IMG/VR virus record: IMGVR_UViG_3300045988_089490
Coordinates: 1 to 28,166 of that record
Origin: a virus
Strand: one strand, 5' to 3'
DNA length: 28,166 nt
This document shows positions 1 through 6,607 of this stretch, one piece after another. The position numbers were made by a program, and so were the translations under genes. Every line of letters starts with the position of its first letter. The stretch's first letter is position 1. Under the pieces are notes generated by a model, which saw only the letters and a list, made by a program, of their open reading frames with translations, did no database searches and was not told the origin of the DNA.

Positions 1-1
1 A

Positions 2-409
2 TACCCAAAAGAAAATGTAATTTGTGTAAACCTGAATACATCCATAGATAGTAGTTTAGTTTATATATATCTTGCACATGAAATAAGACATTTATACCAA
101 TATGCATGTGTATATAAGAAGAATCAAAAAGTGTTTTCTATAGATGAAAGAAGTGTTTCTATATGGAAAAAGGAACTTGAAAACTATGCAGATTCAAGCA
201 GCAAACACTATGAGAATCAGGAAATAGAAAAAGATGCAAACTTGTTTGCGAACTTTATCGCGATAGTGATATTTAAAAGAGTTTTGGATATAAAAGAAAT
301 GGACAAAAAAGAATATGAGTTTAAAACTAAACTTTTTATGAACTTTTTTGCATCGAGTCCAGTCAAAAAAAAGCTGATCCAGAAGCAGATCAAAAAAATT
401 AAAGTATAA
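2..409 (+). CDS. ImmA/IrrE-like zinc metallopeptidase domain protein, 5' end outside the window
   Basis: The frame of the listed 131..409 ORF stays open back to base 2 (YPKENVICVNL...YIYLAHEIRHLYQ...). HEIRH is an HEXXH zinc motif. About 50 aa later comes EIEKDANLFANF, resembling the E..AN.FA signature of COG2856 ImmA/IrrE peptidases. Confidence 0.5.
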   Translation, partial: YPKENVICVNLNTSIDSSLVYIYLAHEIRHLYQYACVYKKNQKVFSIDERSVSIWKKELENYADSSSKHYENQEIEKDANLFANFIAIVIFKRVLDIKEMDKKEYEFKTKLFMNFFASSPVKKKLIQKQIKKIKV

Positions 410-410
410 A

Positions 411-444
411 AAAAGCAGCCTTTTTATAGGCTGTTATTTTTTTT
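411..444. terminator. Bidirectional intrinsic terminator between convergent genes
   Basis: Stem cagcc(416-420)/ggctg(429-433), extendable by G-U and A-U pairs. It is flanked by an A-run on the left and a T-run on the right, so it can terminate both the + gene ending at 409 and the - gene ending at 443. Confidence 0.6.
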
Positions 445-913
445 AAGCGCATAGTATCCCCGTTTGTTCATACCAATAGCAACCAGCTACACCAGTGTAA
501 CCAGTCACAAAGGTATGACCTTCTAAGATATATCCGTATAGATACGGATTATTAGGGAAACGATCGTCATATTCAGACCACTCCTCCCCATATTCTTCCA
601 AAATATAAGAAAGGGTGTCGTCTACAGAACTCCATTCCTCTGTATCTAGCATATGTATATCTGTGTATGCTAGAGTTTTAATTTCTTCAAGTGTAAGTTT
701 CTCCCCACTTTTGAATTTATCTACAATAGCCAAAACTTCGTCTAATTCTTTTTTTTCCATATCTTCTTTCCTCTTGCTTTCTACGATTATGTTTCTCATT
801 GCATTTCTGAATACTTCGTTTTCTTCGATGCATAATTTATCACATGCATCTTCAAATTTCTCGACTAATTCAGGGTTGCATTTAAATGTTATTTCTTTTG
901 CTGATCTAGCCAT
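443..913 (-). CDS. Hypothetical acidic protein with an N-terminal ribbon-helix-helix-like segment
   Basis: 156-aa ORF with a strong SD (AAGGAGG, reverse complement of 918-926) 7-8 nt before the ATG. The N-terminus ITFKCNPELVEKFEDACDKL..NEVFRNAMRNII has a strand-helix-helix pattern. The C-terminal half is very acidic and aromatic. Confidence 0.6.
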   Translation of the reverse strand: MARSAKEITFKCNPELVEKFEDACDKLCIEENEVFRNAMRNIIVESKRKEDMEKKELDEVLAIVDKFKSGEKLTLEEIKTLAYTDIHMLDTEEWSSVDDTLSYILEEYGEEWSEYDDRFPNNPYLYGYILEGHTFVTGYTGVAGCYWYEQTGILCA

Positions 914-989
914 TATTGTTTCCTCCTTTAAGTATTTTTATATATTTATATATTACAAATTATAGCACGATGAAGCCTTTTATAAGCTG

Positions 990-1565
990 CTATTTTTTAA
1001 TTCTTTTTTCGATATTTTTAAAGATTTGGGCCGTTCCGCGTGGCGCACGATCAAACTTTTTTACTTTATAGATGTATTTACCATTTAATGACTTTTTGCC
1101 TAACTCCGTATATATCCAATTGCCATTTATTATTCCATATGCTTCACGATCAACAGCTTTCGGATGTTTTCGCGTTCCTTCAAATTCGGTATAAACAAAA
1201 TGACATTTTTCGAGTTTTTCTTTATCTTTTTGAATCTTTTTTTCTTCTTTTTCTTTTTTTAACTCTTGCGTTTTTTCTTCTAAAACATTTATGATATGAT
1301 TTTTTTCGTTTTCAATAAAACTGTCATCCAAACTATAGAAAGATGTTTCATTAAAATAAGATCCAGTATGATGCCAGCTTGAATATGTTAGGAAAACTTT
1401 TAAAGCATCCTTACTATATTTTTTCAACTCATCATATTCAAAATCATCCCTATAATCTAATACTGTATTAATGATTGCTGTTTTAGTCCATTTTGAAAGT
1501 GGCTTTTCACCGCTTTCATAAGCTTCATAAGCGCGCTCACTCATTTTATTTCCTATATATCCCAT
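990..1565 (-). CDS. Hypothetical protein (191 aa) with a central K/E-rich coiled-coil-like stretch
   Basis: Long ORF with an AGGAGG SD just upstream (reverse complement of 1572-1577). It is co-directional and tightly packed with its neighbours. I recognise no family. Confidence 0.6.
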   Translation of the reverse strand: MGYIGNKMSERAYEAYESGEKPLSKWTKTAIINTVLDYRDDFEYDELKKYSKDALKVFLTYSSWHHTGSYFNETSFYSLDDSFIENEKNHIINVLEEKTQELKKEKEEKKIQKDKEKLEKCHFVYTEFEGTRKHPKAVDREAYGIINGNWIYTELGKKSLNGKYIYKVKKFDRAPRGTAQIFKNIEKRIKK

Positions 1566-1579
1566 ATTTTTTTTACCTC

Positions 1580-2158
1580 CTAAAATGGAAATGCTTCAAG
1601 CATTTCATTTAATTTTTGTTGATCTGTAAGCGGATTTTTTTTCTTCTTTGGTGCTGCTTTTTCAATGCTCATCTTTTCGATTTTACCATTACTATACACA
1701 TAGCTTTCTATAAGCTTGTTTCTATTAAAAACATCTATAGTTTTAAAGCTAGTATTATAGGTTGCCAGCAAGCTTTTTGATCCAGGCTTACAGATCTTAA
1801 AAAGATTTTTGTTTAAAATATCAACATAGCATTTATAAACTTTTAAATAATAACAAATATCCTTTATTTCTTGGATATCAGGCGCGAAAAGTTCTTTTTT
1901 CGCTTCAGTATTGAAATATATTTGAATATCATAGTTAAAAAGTTTGTCTAATTCATGCGCAACGAACAACCTTAAGTCATTTGTTTGAATTGCTGCATAC
2001 ATGCATTTATTATGATCAAACTTAAAGCCATTATTTTTTAGTAATTTTTCAGTTGAAGCGCTGGGAGTTCCTAACGCTTCAACGTAAATGTGCGGTTGCT
2101 TCCGCTCATTTGTAACATAATAATTAAAATGGTTTCGTTCACGCTTCCATATTGTCAT
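1580..2158 (-). CDS. Hypothetical protein (192 aa)
   Basis: Long ORF with a GGGAGGG SD (reverse complement of 2166-2172). It overlaps the upstream ORF by 20 nt, which suggests translational coupling. Confidence 0.6.
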   Translation of the reverse strand: MTIWKRERNHFNYYVTNERKQPHIYVEALGTPSASTEKLLKNNGFKFDHNKCMYAAIQTNDLRLFVAHELDKLFNYDIQIYFNTEAKKELFAPDIQEIKDICYYLKVYKCYVDILNKNLFKICKPGSKSLLATYNTSFKTIDVFNRNKLIESYVYSNGKIEKMSIEKAAPKKKKNPLTDQQKLNEMLEAFPF

Positions 2159-2369
2159 TTTTTAACCCTCCCAAAATATTCAATACGTATAAAGCGTTAA
2201 CAAGTTGCCAAAGTTCACGCGGTTTTAACATCCAGGCCACAACGTCAAGCCCGTAACATAAATTATACAAACCATTTAAATTCTTTGTAATTGTGTAAGG
2301 TTTGCAGCTGGATGCATTTATTTGATCCAGCTTTTTTTTTGTAAATTCGATATATTCTTTATTGTTCAT
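2139..2369 (-). CDS. Hypothetical small protein (76 aa)
   Basis: ORF with a GAAGGA SD upstream (reverse complement of about 2377-2383). It belongs to the same minus-strand gene string. Confidence 0.5.
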   Translation of the reverse strand: MNNKEYIEFTKKKLDQINASSCKPYTITKNLNGLYNLCYGLDVVAWMLKPRELWQLVNALYVLNILGGLKNDNMEA

Positions 2370-2384
2370 TTTTTTATCCTTCTT

Positions 2385-2507
2385 CTAATAAATAAGTGGT
2401 AAAACGATGCAAGAAAGGCCTAATATTAAGCCCATGATCAATATAGATGTGCATATTGCAAAATATAGTTTTAAAAATGCAAGTATGAGCACCTGGACGG
2501 CGCTCAT
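2385..2507 (-). CDS. Possible 40-aa hydrophobic peptide (MSAVQVLILAFLKLYFAICTSILIMGLILGLSCIVLPLIY)
   Basis: Unlisted small ORF in the 158-bp gap after ardA. It is almost entirely hydrophobic and long enough for two TM segments. It has no clear SD, and its first codons form a hairpin (atgagc..gctcat, 2484-2507) that could instead be an RNA element. Confidence 0.3.
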   Translation of the reverse strand: MSAVQVLILAFLKLYFAICTSILIMGLILGLSCIVLPLIY

Positions 2508-2527
2508 CTTGTCAAGATCTTTGCGTG

Positions 2528-3028
2528 TTAGCATGTGTAAATAACTCCGTTCGAAGTTTCACAATATCCGTCAAAACCAAGATCGCGTGCGAATGCTTTA
2601 TAATCAAAATATCTTTGTGCAATTTCTGGAAGGTTATAACATTCTTCTACAATTTCATAAGCCACATCTTCCAACGTCATGCCTTCGTAAAAAGTATAGT
2701 TTTCACTTTCTAAGTATCCTAATGCATCCGTATAGCTGCATACTTCCATTAATGCAGTGAATTCACTTTCATGGTCTTCTAATGCTTCAGCTACTTCATT
2801 AATATCGTCAATGTTTGGATATTCACCGAATGCATCATACATATCAAATAATGAACAATCATAATCAGTTATGAACCATTCCTCATACATTGTATCTTCT
2901 TTCACTCCAATGCTTTCAAGTTCATCTTGAAAATCGTCCTCATCGATTGGAAAACTGATCCACTTTCCAACTAATTCACCCTCGGTATACTTTCCTAGAT
3001 TTGTAATATAAGCTTTCATTTCACACAT
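2528..3028 (-). CDS. ardA: Antirestriction protein ArdA (DNA-mimic inhibitor of type I restriction-modification)
   Basis: MKAYITNLGKYTEGELVGKWISFPID...YEEWFITDYD...YFDYKAFARDLGFDGY..TSNGVIY matches the pattern conserved in ArdA, for example Tn916 Orf18 (YIANLGKYNEGELVGAWFTFPID ... YIDYQAYGRDL). The protein is very acidic. I place the start at ATG 3028, 9 nt after AAGGAGG, rather than at the listed 3052. Confidence 0.88.
   Translation of the reverse strand: MCEMKAYITNLGKYTEGELVGKWISFPIDEDDFQDELESIGVKEDTMYEEWFITDYDCSLFDMYDAFGEYPNIDDINEVAEALEDHESEFTALMEVCSYTDALGYLESENYTFYEGMTLEDVAYEIVEECYNLPEIAQRYFDYKAFARDLGFDGYCETSNGVIYTC
2828..2880 (-). repeat. Left copy of a perfect 53-bp inverted repeat, inside ardA codons EWFITDYDCSLFDMYDAF
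   Basis: The reverse complement of 2828-2880 is AATGGTTCATAACTGATTATGATTGTTCATTATTTGATATGTATGATGCATTC, identical to 25093-25145 on the + strand. Confidence 0.9.
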
Positions 3029-3094
3029 AATCTTTACCTCCTTACTTTTCAATCATTTTCTTTAATCGTGTGGCTTGTCTCTTAAGACATTTAC

Positions 3095-3123
3095 ATAATA
3101 AAACAAACGTTTTACATTGTCAA
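3095..3123 (-). promoter_or_regulatory. Consensus sigma-A type promoter for the ardA operon
   Basis: The minus strand reads TTGACA (3123-3118), a 17-nt spacer, then TATTAT (3100-3095), with an AT-rich upstream tract. It lies about 65 nt upstream of the ardA start. Confidence 0.6.
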
Positions 3124-3138
3124 GCAAAAAATTAAATA

Positions 3139-3179
3139 AATGTTTGATTGTTGAAAAATAATGTTTGATATTATAAAAT
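3139..3179 (+). promoter_or_regulatory. Candidate promoter/operator of the HTH gene with two direct AATGTTTGAT repeats
   Basis: AATGTTTGAT occurs at 3139-3148 and 3160-3169, 21 bp apart (two helical turns). The second copy overlaps a TGaTATTAT extended -10-like element at 3166-3174. Confidence 0.35.
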
Positions 3180-3207
3180 AAATATAGGACGGGAGGCATA
3201 CAATTAT

Positions 3208-3414
3208 ATGAAAGAAAATCAAATTATAGCCGCGCTTGCTTATGCTCATAAAAACCAGCAAGATATATCGGATGCGTTTGGATGCACAAAACAAAATATA
3301 AGTACTAGAATCAAACGCGAAAAATTCACAGATGAAGAACTTGAAAAAATGGCGCAAACGATAGGCGCAAAATACAAATGCTATTTTGAATTTGAAGACG
3401 GGACGAAAATATAA
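3208..3414 (+). CDS. Small helix-turn-helix DNA-binding protein (Cro/XRE-like)
   Basis: 68-aa ORF with a GGGAGG SD at 3191-3196. QQDISDAFGCTKQNISTRIKR has a typical HTH pattern. The gene is divergent from the ardA operon. Confidence 0.65.
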   Translation: MKENQIIAALAYAHKNQQDISDAFGCTKQNISTRIKREKFTDEELEKMAQTIGAKYKCYFEFEDGTKI

Positions 3415-3429
3415 ACCGTCTTTTTTTTA
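3397..3429 (+). terminator. Intrinsic terminator after the HTH gene
   Basis: Stem agacgg(3397-3402)/ccgtct(3416-3421) followed by a T8 run. Confidence 0.6.
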
Positions 3430-3556
3430 TGCTATTTTTTTAAAAAGCTTTTGTATTCTCAAACGTGCACGCAAGCGCCTATTTATAAGGCTTTTAAGCG
3501 TGTTCGCTTCTAGTCTTATAACATATAGTTAACAGACTAGTAATATATACATGTAT

Positions 3557-3580
3557 GGACGTGGTGAGCGTCCTTTTTTT
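3557..3580 (+). terminator. Terminator-like hairpin in the non-coding region
   Basis: ggacg(3557-3561), a 7-nt loop, cgtcc(3569-3573), then T7. Confidence 0.4.
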
Positions 3581-3804
3581 GTGGGGGTGCTTCAGTTCCA
3601 GGAAGAAAATGGACGTGTTGGAGTGTATGGAGTTGGTGCATATAATCCAATGTATTGGAGTGATGAAACGTTTATTGCATATATAAGAACGTGCGCGCGT
3701 GTTCTATTAATGTAGTCATGGCAATGTTATGAAACAACGCTTTCAACAATGTGTGTTGAAAAATGTTTCAACACAATAATAAATATATGACAATCATATG
3801 ATTG

Positions 3805-3985
3805 AAGCCGTTAACGTGGCGGTGCGGTGGTTGCTGCATGATTCAAATTTTGAACCATGAAAGCGCCCAGGGCTGGGATCAGATCAGCATAGACCCCCCT
3901 ATCTTTCGGAAGTTTTTTGCGTTTCGGGGAACGGCGTGGGGAGTTCAAAAAAACTGGGTCATGTGTGTGTGACAAGGGGGTAAAA
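3805..3985. other. GC-rich island, candidate cos (cohesive end) region
   Basis: The island sits just upstream of the HNH-TerS-TerL genes in an otherwise AT-rich genome. It carries GC-rich tracts (gccgttaacgtggcggtgcggtggttgctgc, cgcccagggctggg, gacccccct, cggggaacggcgtgggg) and a near-palindrome CATGATTCAAATTTTGAACCATG at 3837-3859. Confidence 0.3.
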
Positions 3986-3998
3986 TCTGAATTTCTTC

Positions 3999-4017
3999 AT
4001 TTTGTACAGTGTACAAA
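3999..4017. promoter_or_regulatory. Palindromic operator-like site ATTTTGTACAGTGTACAAA, copy 1, upstream of the packaging module
   Basis: TTTGTACA-G-TGTACAAA is a perfect 8+8 inverted repeat. The identical 19-mer recurs at 25967-25985. Confidence 0.5.
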
Positions 4018-4114
4018 GAAAAACCGTGATATTCTGTAGTCGTGAAGATTGGAAAACATCTTCTAGAACAAACAAGGTAGTTCTTGGATTGTTTCATTTT
4101 AGTGCCCGTTGAAA

Positions 4115-4141
4115 AAGACCTGTGGAAACATGGGTCTTTTT
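4115..4141 (+). terminator. Terminator-like hairpin in the leader of the late operon
   Basis: aagaccugug(4115-4124), GAAA tetraloop, cauggguctt(4129-4138), a 10-bp stem including two G-U pairs, running into a T run. It lies about 90 nt before the HNH start. Confidence 0.45.
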
Positions 4142-4233
4142 CATATCACTGCATTCAAAGTGTTTACTGTTAGTTTTTGTCGTCCTTTAAATCTGTTAAC
4201 TGTAGTTATGGTCAAAACTTTGAATGTAGCGAT

Positions 4234-4620
4234 ATGAAAAAATATTATGGTTCAGAAGCAACAAAAACAGGTGCTAGAAATTATGCTAGAAAATTTTACT
4301 CAAGCAAGGCTTGGGAAAAGAAAAGCAAAGCGTATAGAAAGGCACATCCACTTTGTGAAAGATGTTTGAAAAAAGGTATCTATACCAGGTCGACTTGCGT
4401 GCACCACAAAGTGCACATTGACCAGGACAACTATAGAGATGTACACATTCTATTTGGCGATTCTAATTTGGAAGCGTTGTGTGACTTATGTCATGCTGAA
4501 GAACATTCCAAACGCAAACCATCTTTTGAGTTTGATGAAAACGGAATGCTTATAGGATGTGGAAGGGAGGATGATGAATGCAAAAAGGAGCATGGAAAAA
4601 AAGAATCAATTCACAACTAG
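4234..4620 (+). CDS. Phage HNH endonuclease, packaging-associated
   Basis: CERCLKKG...CVHHKVHI...NLEALCDLCHAEEH shows the CxxC...HH...N...CxxCH HNH/zinc-finger pattern. It lies immediately upstream of the terminase genes. I prefer ATG 4234 (MKKYYGSE) to the listed TTG at 4177. Confidence 0.85.
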   Translation: MKKYYGSEATKTGARNYARKFYSSKAWEKKSKAYRKAHPLCERCLKKGIYTRSTCVHHKVHIDQDNYRDVHILFGDSNLEALCDLCHAEEHSKRKPSFEFDENGMLIGCGREDDECKKEHGKKESIHN

Positions 4621-4952
4621 AGAATTTAGGTACATTTTCTCCTGAATATTCGGTTGCGGTTGATTCACTTGCAGATGCATTGGCCCAATATGATTCAACA
4701 ATGAAGCAATGGAGAGATTCAAGTAAAGCAAATGGCTACAAATCACTACAGATGGTTGTTGAATATACGAACAAGGGCGGTGCAACGAATTTATCACGCT
4801 CGCCATACTACATTATTACCGTTCAATTACGTGATCAGATCATGAAGTACTGCAAAGAACTTGGCTTGTCACCTACTTCACTTTCAAAAACAACAGAAGT
4901 ATCCGGAAAAAAAGGTGATGAATTGGATGAGTTCATGAGCAGATTTAAATGA
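4578..4952 (+). CDS. terS: Terminase small subunit (P27-family-like)
   Basis: 124-aa ORF with a GGGAGG SD at 4563-4568. It sits between the HNH and TerL genes and overlaps both neighbours by a few nt. Size and position are typical. Confidence 0.7.
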   Translation: MQKGAWKKRINSQLENLGTFSPEYSVAVDSLADALAQYDSTMKQWRDSSKANGYKSLQMVVEYTNKGGATNLSRSPYYIITVQLRDQIMKYCKELGLSPTSLSKTTEVSGKKGDELDEFMSRFK

Positions 4953-6607
4953 AATATCTAGACATTTATAAAGAACGTATAAAATCGGGTGAAGATGTAG
5001 TTGGTAAGTGGATAAAGCTTAATCTTCAATATGTTGAAAGAGGTTTAGCAAATGGAGATTTCTTCTATGATGAGAAAAAAGCGGAAATGCATATAGCGTT
5101 TATTGAAACGTTTTGTCATCACGTAGAAGGAAAAACAACAAAAGTAAAGCTTGAGCCTTGGCAAAAATATTATATTGCGTGCATATTCGGACTTGTTGAT
5201 AAGAATGGAAAAAGGCAGTTTCGTGAAATACCTACGGTCATGGGCCGAAAACAAGGGAAATCATTTCTTTGTGCAGGTATTGAACTTGATGTTGGGTTTA
5301 CATCTGATGAAGCAGGTATGCAGATATACAATATAGCGCCAAAGTTAAAACAAGCGCATATCATTTACAATGTTCTGTATCAAATGATAGAACACTCTAA
5401 AGCGTTGAGTCAAAGAGTAAAAAAACGTAGAACAGATATCTACATGAAACAGAACAACTGTAGATGGGAGCCAATTGCCTTTGCATCTAAGAAGTCAGAC
5501 GGATTCAACCCATATTTGACAATCTTTGATGAGTTTGCAGCCTGGGAAGGTGAAGCTGGTATGAAAATGTACAACGTTATGTTGTCGGCAGGTGGTGCAA
5601 GACCTGATCCACTTTATATTCCTGTAAGTACCGCAAACTATATTGATGAAGGATTATATGATGAACTATTTGTTCGTGGGACATCTGTTTTACTTGGTAC
5701 GTCTGATGAAAAACAAATGTTGCCTTTCTTTTATATGATTGATGATATTCAAAAATGGGATGATCCTATTGAATTAAGAAAAGCAATGCCAAACCTTGGA
5801 ATATCGTTTTCTTATGAAAATTTGCAGAATGAAATTTTAAAAGCACATAACTCGCTGTCATATAAGGCTGAATTCATAACAAAATACGCGAATATCAAAC
5901 AGAATTCAACAGAAGCATTATTTAGTGCAGAGGATATCAACAAAGTAAAAGGTGAAGAACTTAGATTTGAAGATTTTGCACATACATATGCAGTTGGTGG
6001 AATTGACTTGTCACAAACAACCGATTTAACAGCCGCATCTGTAGTTATACGAATTCAAGAACAGGACTACATATTCACTCATTTTTGGCTTCCAACATTA
6101 AAAATCAAGGAGCTAGAAGAAAGAGACAAAATACCATATACAAGATTTATTCAATTGGGATATTTAAGTCCAAGTGGGGAAAACTTTGTACGGTATGAAG
6201 ATGTTACGGAATGGTTTGAAATGCTACGTAAGAAATACAAGATCTATTGTGTAGTCGTTGGATATGACCGTTATTCTTCTCAGTATCTTGTGGATGATAT
6301 GAAGAAATACGGATACAAGATGGATGATGTCATTCAGGGAACTAACCTTACACCGGTTATTAATGAATTTACAGGATATGTAAGAGACGGATTTGTTCAT
6401 ACAGGAACAAATGGGCTTTTACAAGCGCATATGTCTAGTGTGGCATTAAAGAAAGTTGCGGAGGACAATCGTGTCCGCATGGTTAAAATTGATTCAAGAA
6501 AACATATTGATGGATATGCATCTGTTATTGATGCATATACAGTAAGACAAAAATGGTGGGATACATTTAAATACCGCCTTGAAAACAAGAAAAGGAAGGT
6601 GAATTAG
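4949..6607 (+). CDS. terL: Terminase large subunit
   Basis: 552 aa. The N-terminal ATPase features include GRKQGKS (Walker A-like) and LTIFDEFAAWEG (Walker B-like). The C-terminal nuclease region starts around YAVGGIDLSQTTD. The gene sits before the portal gene. Confidence 0.9.
   Translation: MKYLDIYKERIKSGEDVVGKWIKLNLQYVERGLANGDFFYDEKKAEMHIAFIETFCHHVEGKTTKVKLEPWQKYYIACIFGLVDKNGKRQFREIPTVMGRKQGKSFLCAGIELDVGFTSDEAGMQIYNIAPKLKQAHIIYNVLYQMIEHSKALSQRVKKRRTDIYMKQNNCRWEPIAFASKKSDGFNPYLTIFDEFAAWEGEAGMKMYNVMLSAGGARPDPLYIPVSTANYIDEGLYDELFVRGTSVLLGTSDEKQMLPFFYMIDDIQKWDDPIELRKAMPNLGISFSYENLQNEILKAHNSLSYKAEFITKYANIKQNSTEALFSAEDINKVKGEELRFEDFAHTYAVGGIDLSQTTDLTAASVVIRIQEQDYIFTHFWLPTLKIKELEERDKIPYTRFIQLGYLSPSGENFVRYEDVTEWFEMLRKKYKIYCVVVGYDRYSSQYLVDDMKKYGYKMDDVIQGTNLTPVINEFTGYVRDGFVHTGTNGLLQAHMSSVALKKVAEDNRVRMVKIDSRKHIDGYASVIDAYTVRQKWWDTFKYRLENKKRKVN

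Noticed and set aside
615-965. Listed + strand 116-aa ORF (similar cases at 1040..1294 + and 2525..2713 +)
   Set aside because: These ORFs are antisense to minus-strand genes that have strong SD sites. Their products are serine/leucine/phenylalanine-rich and low in complexity, and none has an SD.
3112-3357. Listed minus-strand 81-aa ORF
   Set aside because: It overlaps the HTH gene in antisense and also the divergent promoter region. It has an implausible hydrophobic low-complexity sequence.
3551-3715. Unlisted 54-aa ORF (MYGRGERPFFVGVLQFQEENGRVGVYGVGAYNPMYWSDETFIAYIRTCARVLLM)
   Set aside because: The sequence is protein-like, but there is no SD. A terminator-like hairpin plus T7 run (3557-3580) also lies within its first 10 codons. 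It could be a remnant of a gene, so I do not call it.
4606-4806. Antisense or alternative-frame ORFs inside late genes: 4606..4806 -, 5045..5254 -, 5151..5336 +, 5170..5364 -, 6397..6588 -, 8076..8306 -, 8493..8768 -, 9358..9546 -, 9392..9577 +, 10383..10583 -, 10769..10993 -, 12973..13185 -, 15928..16197 -, 17176..17373 -, 17541..17765 +, 17728..17916 -, 17916..18107 +, 17965..18195 -, 18833..19117 -, 24072..24287 -, 24392..24696 -, 26393..26590 +, 26721..26921 -, 26971..27180 -
   Set aside because: All lie within longer ORFs that have recognisable phage functions and proper SD sites. None has its own SD or a recognisable motif.
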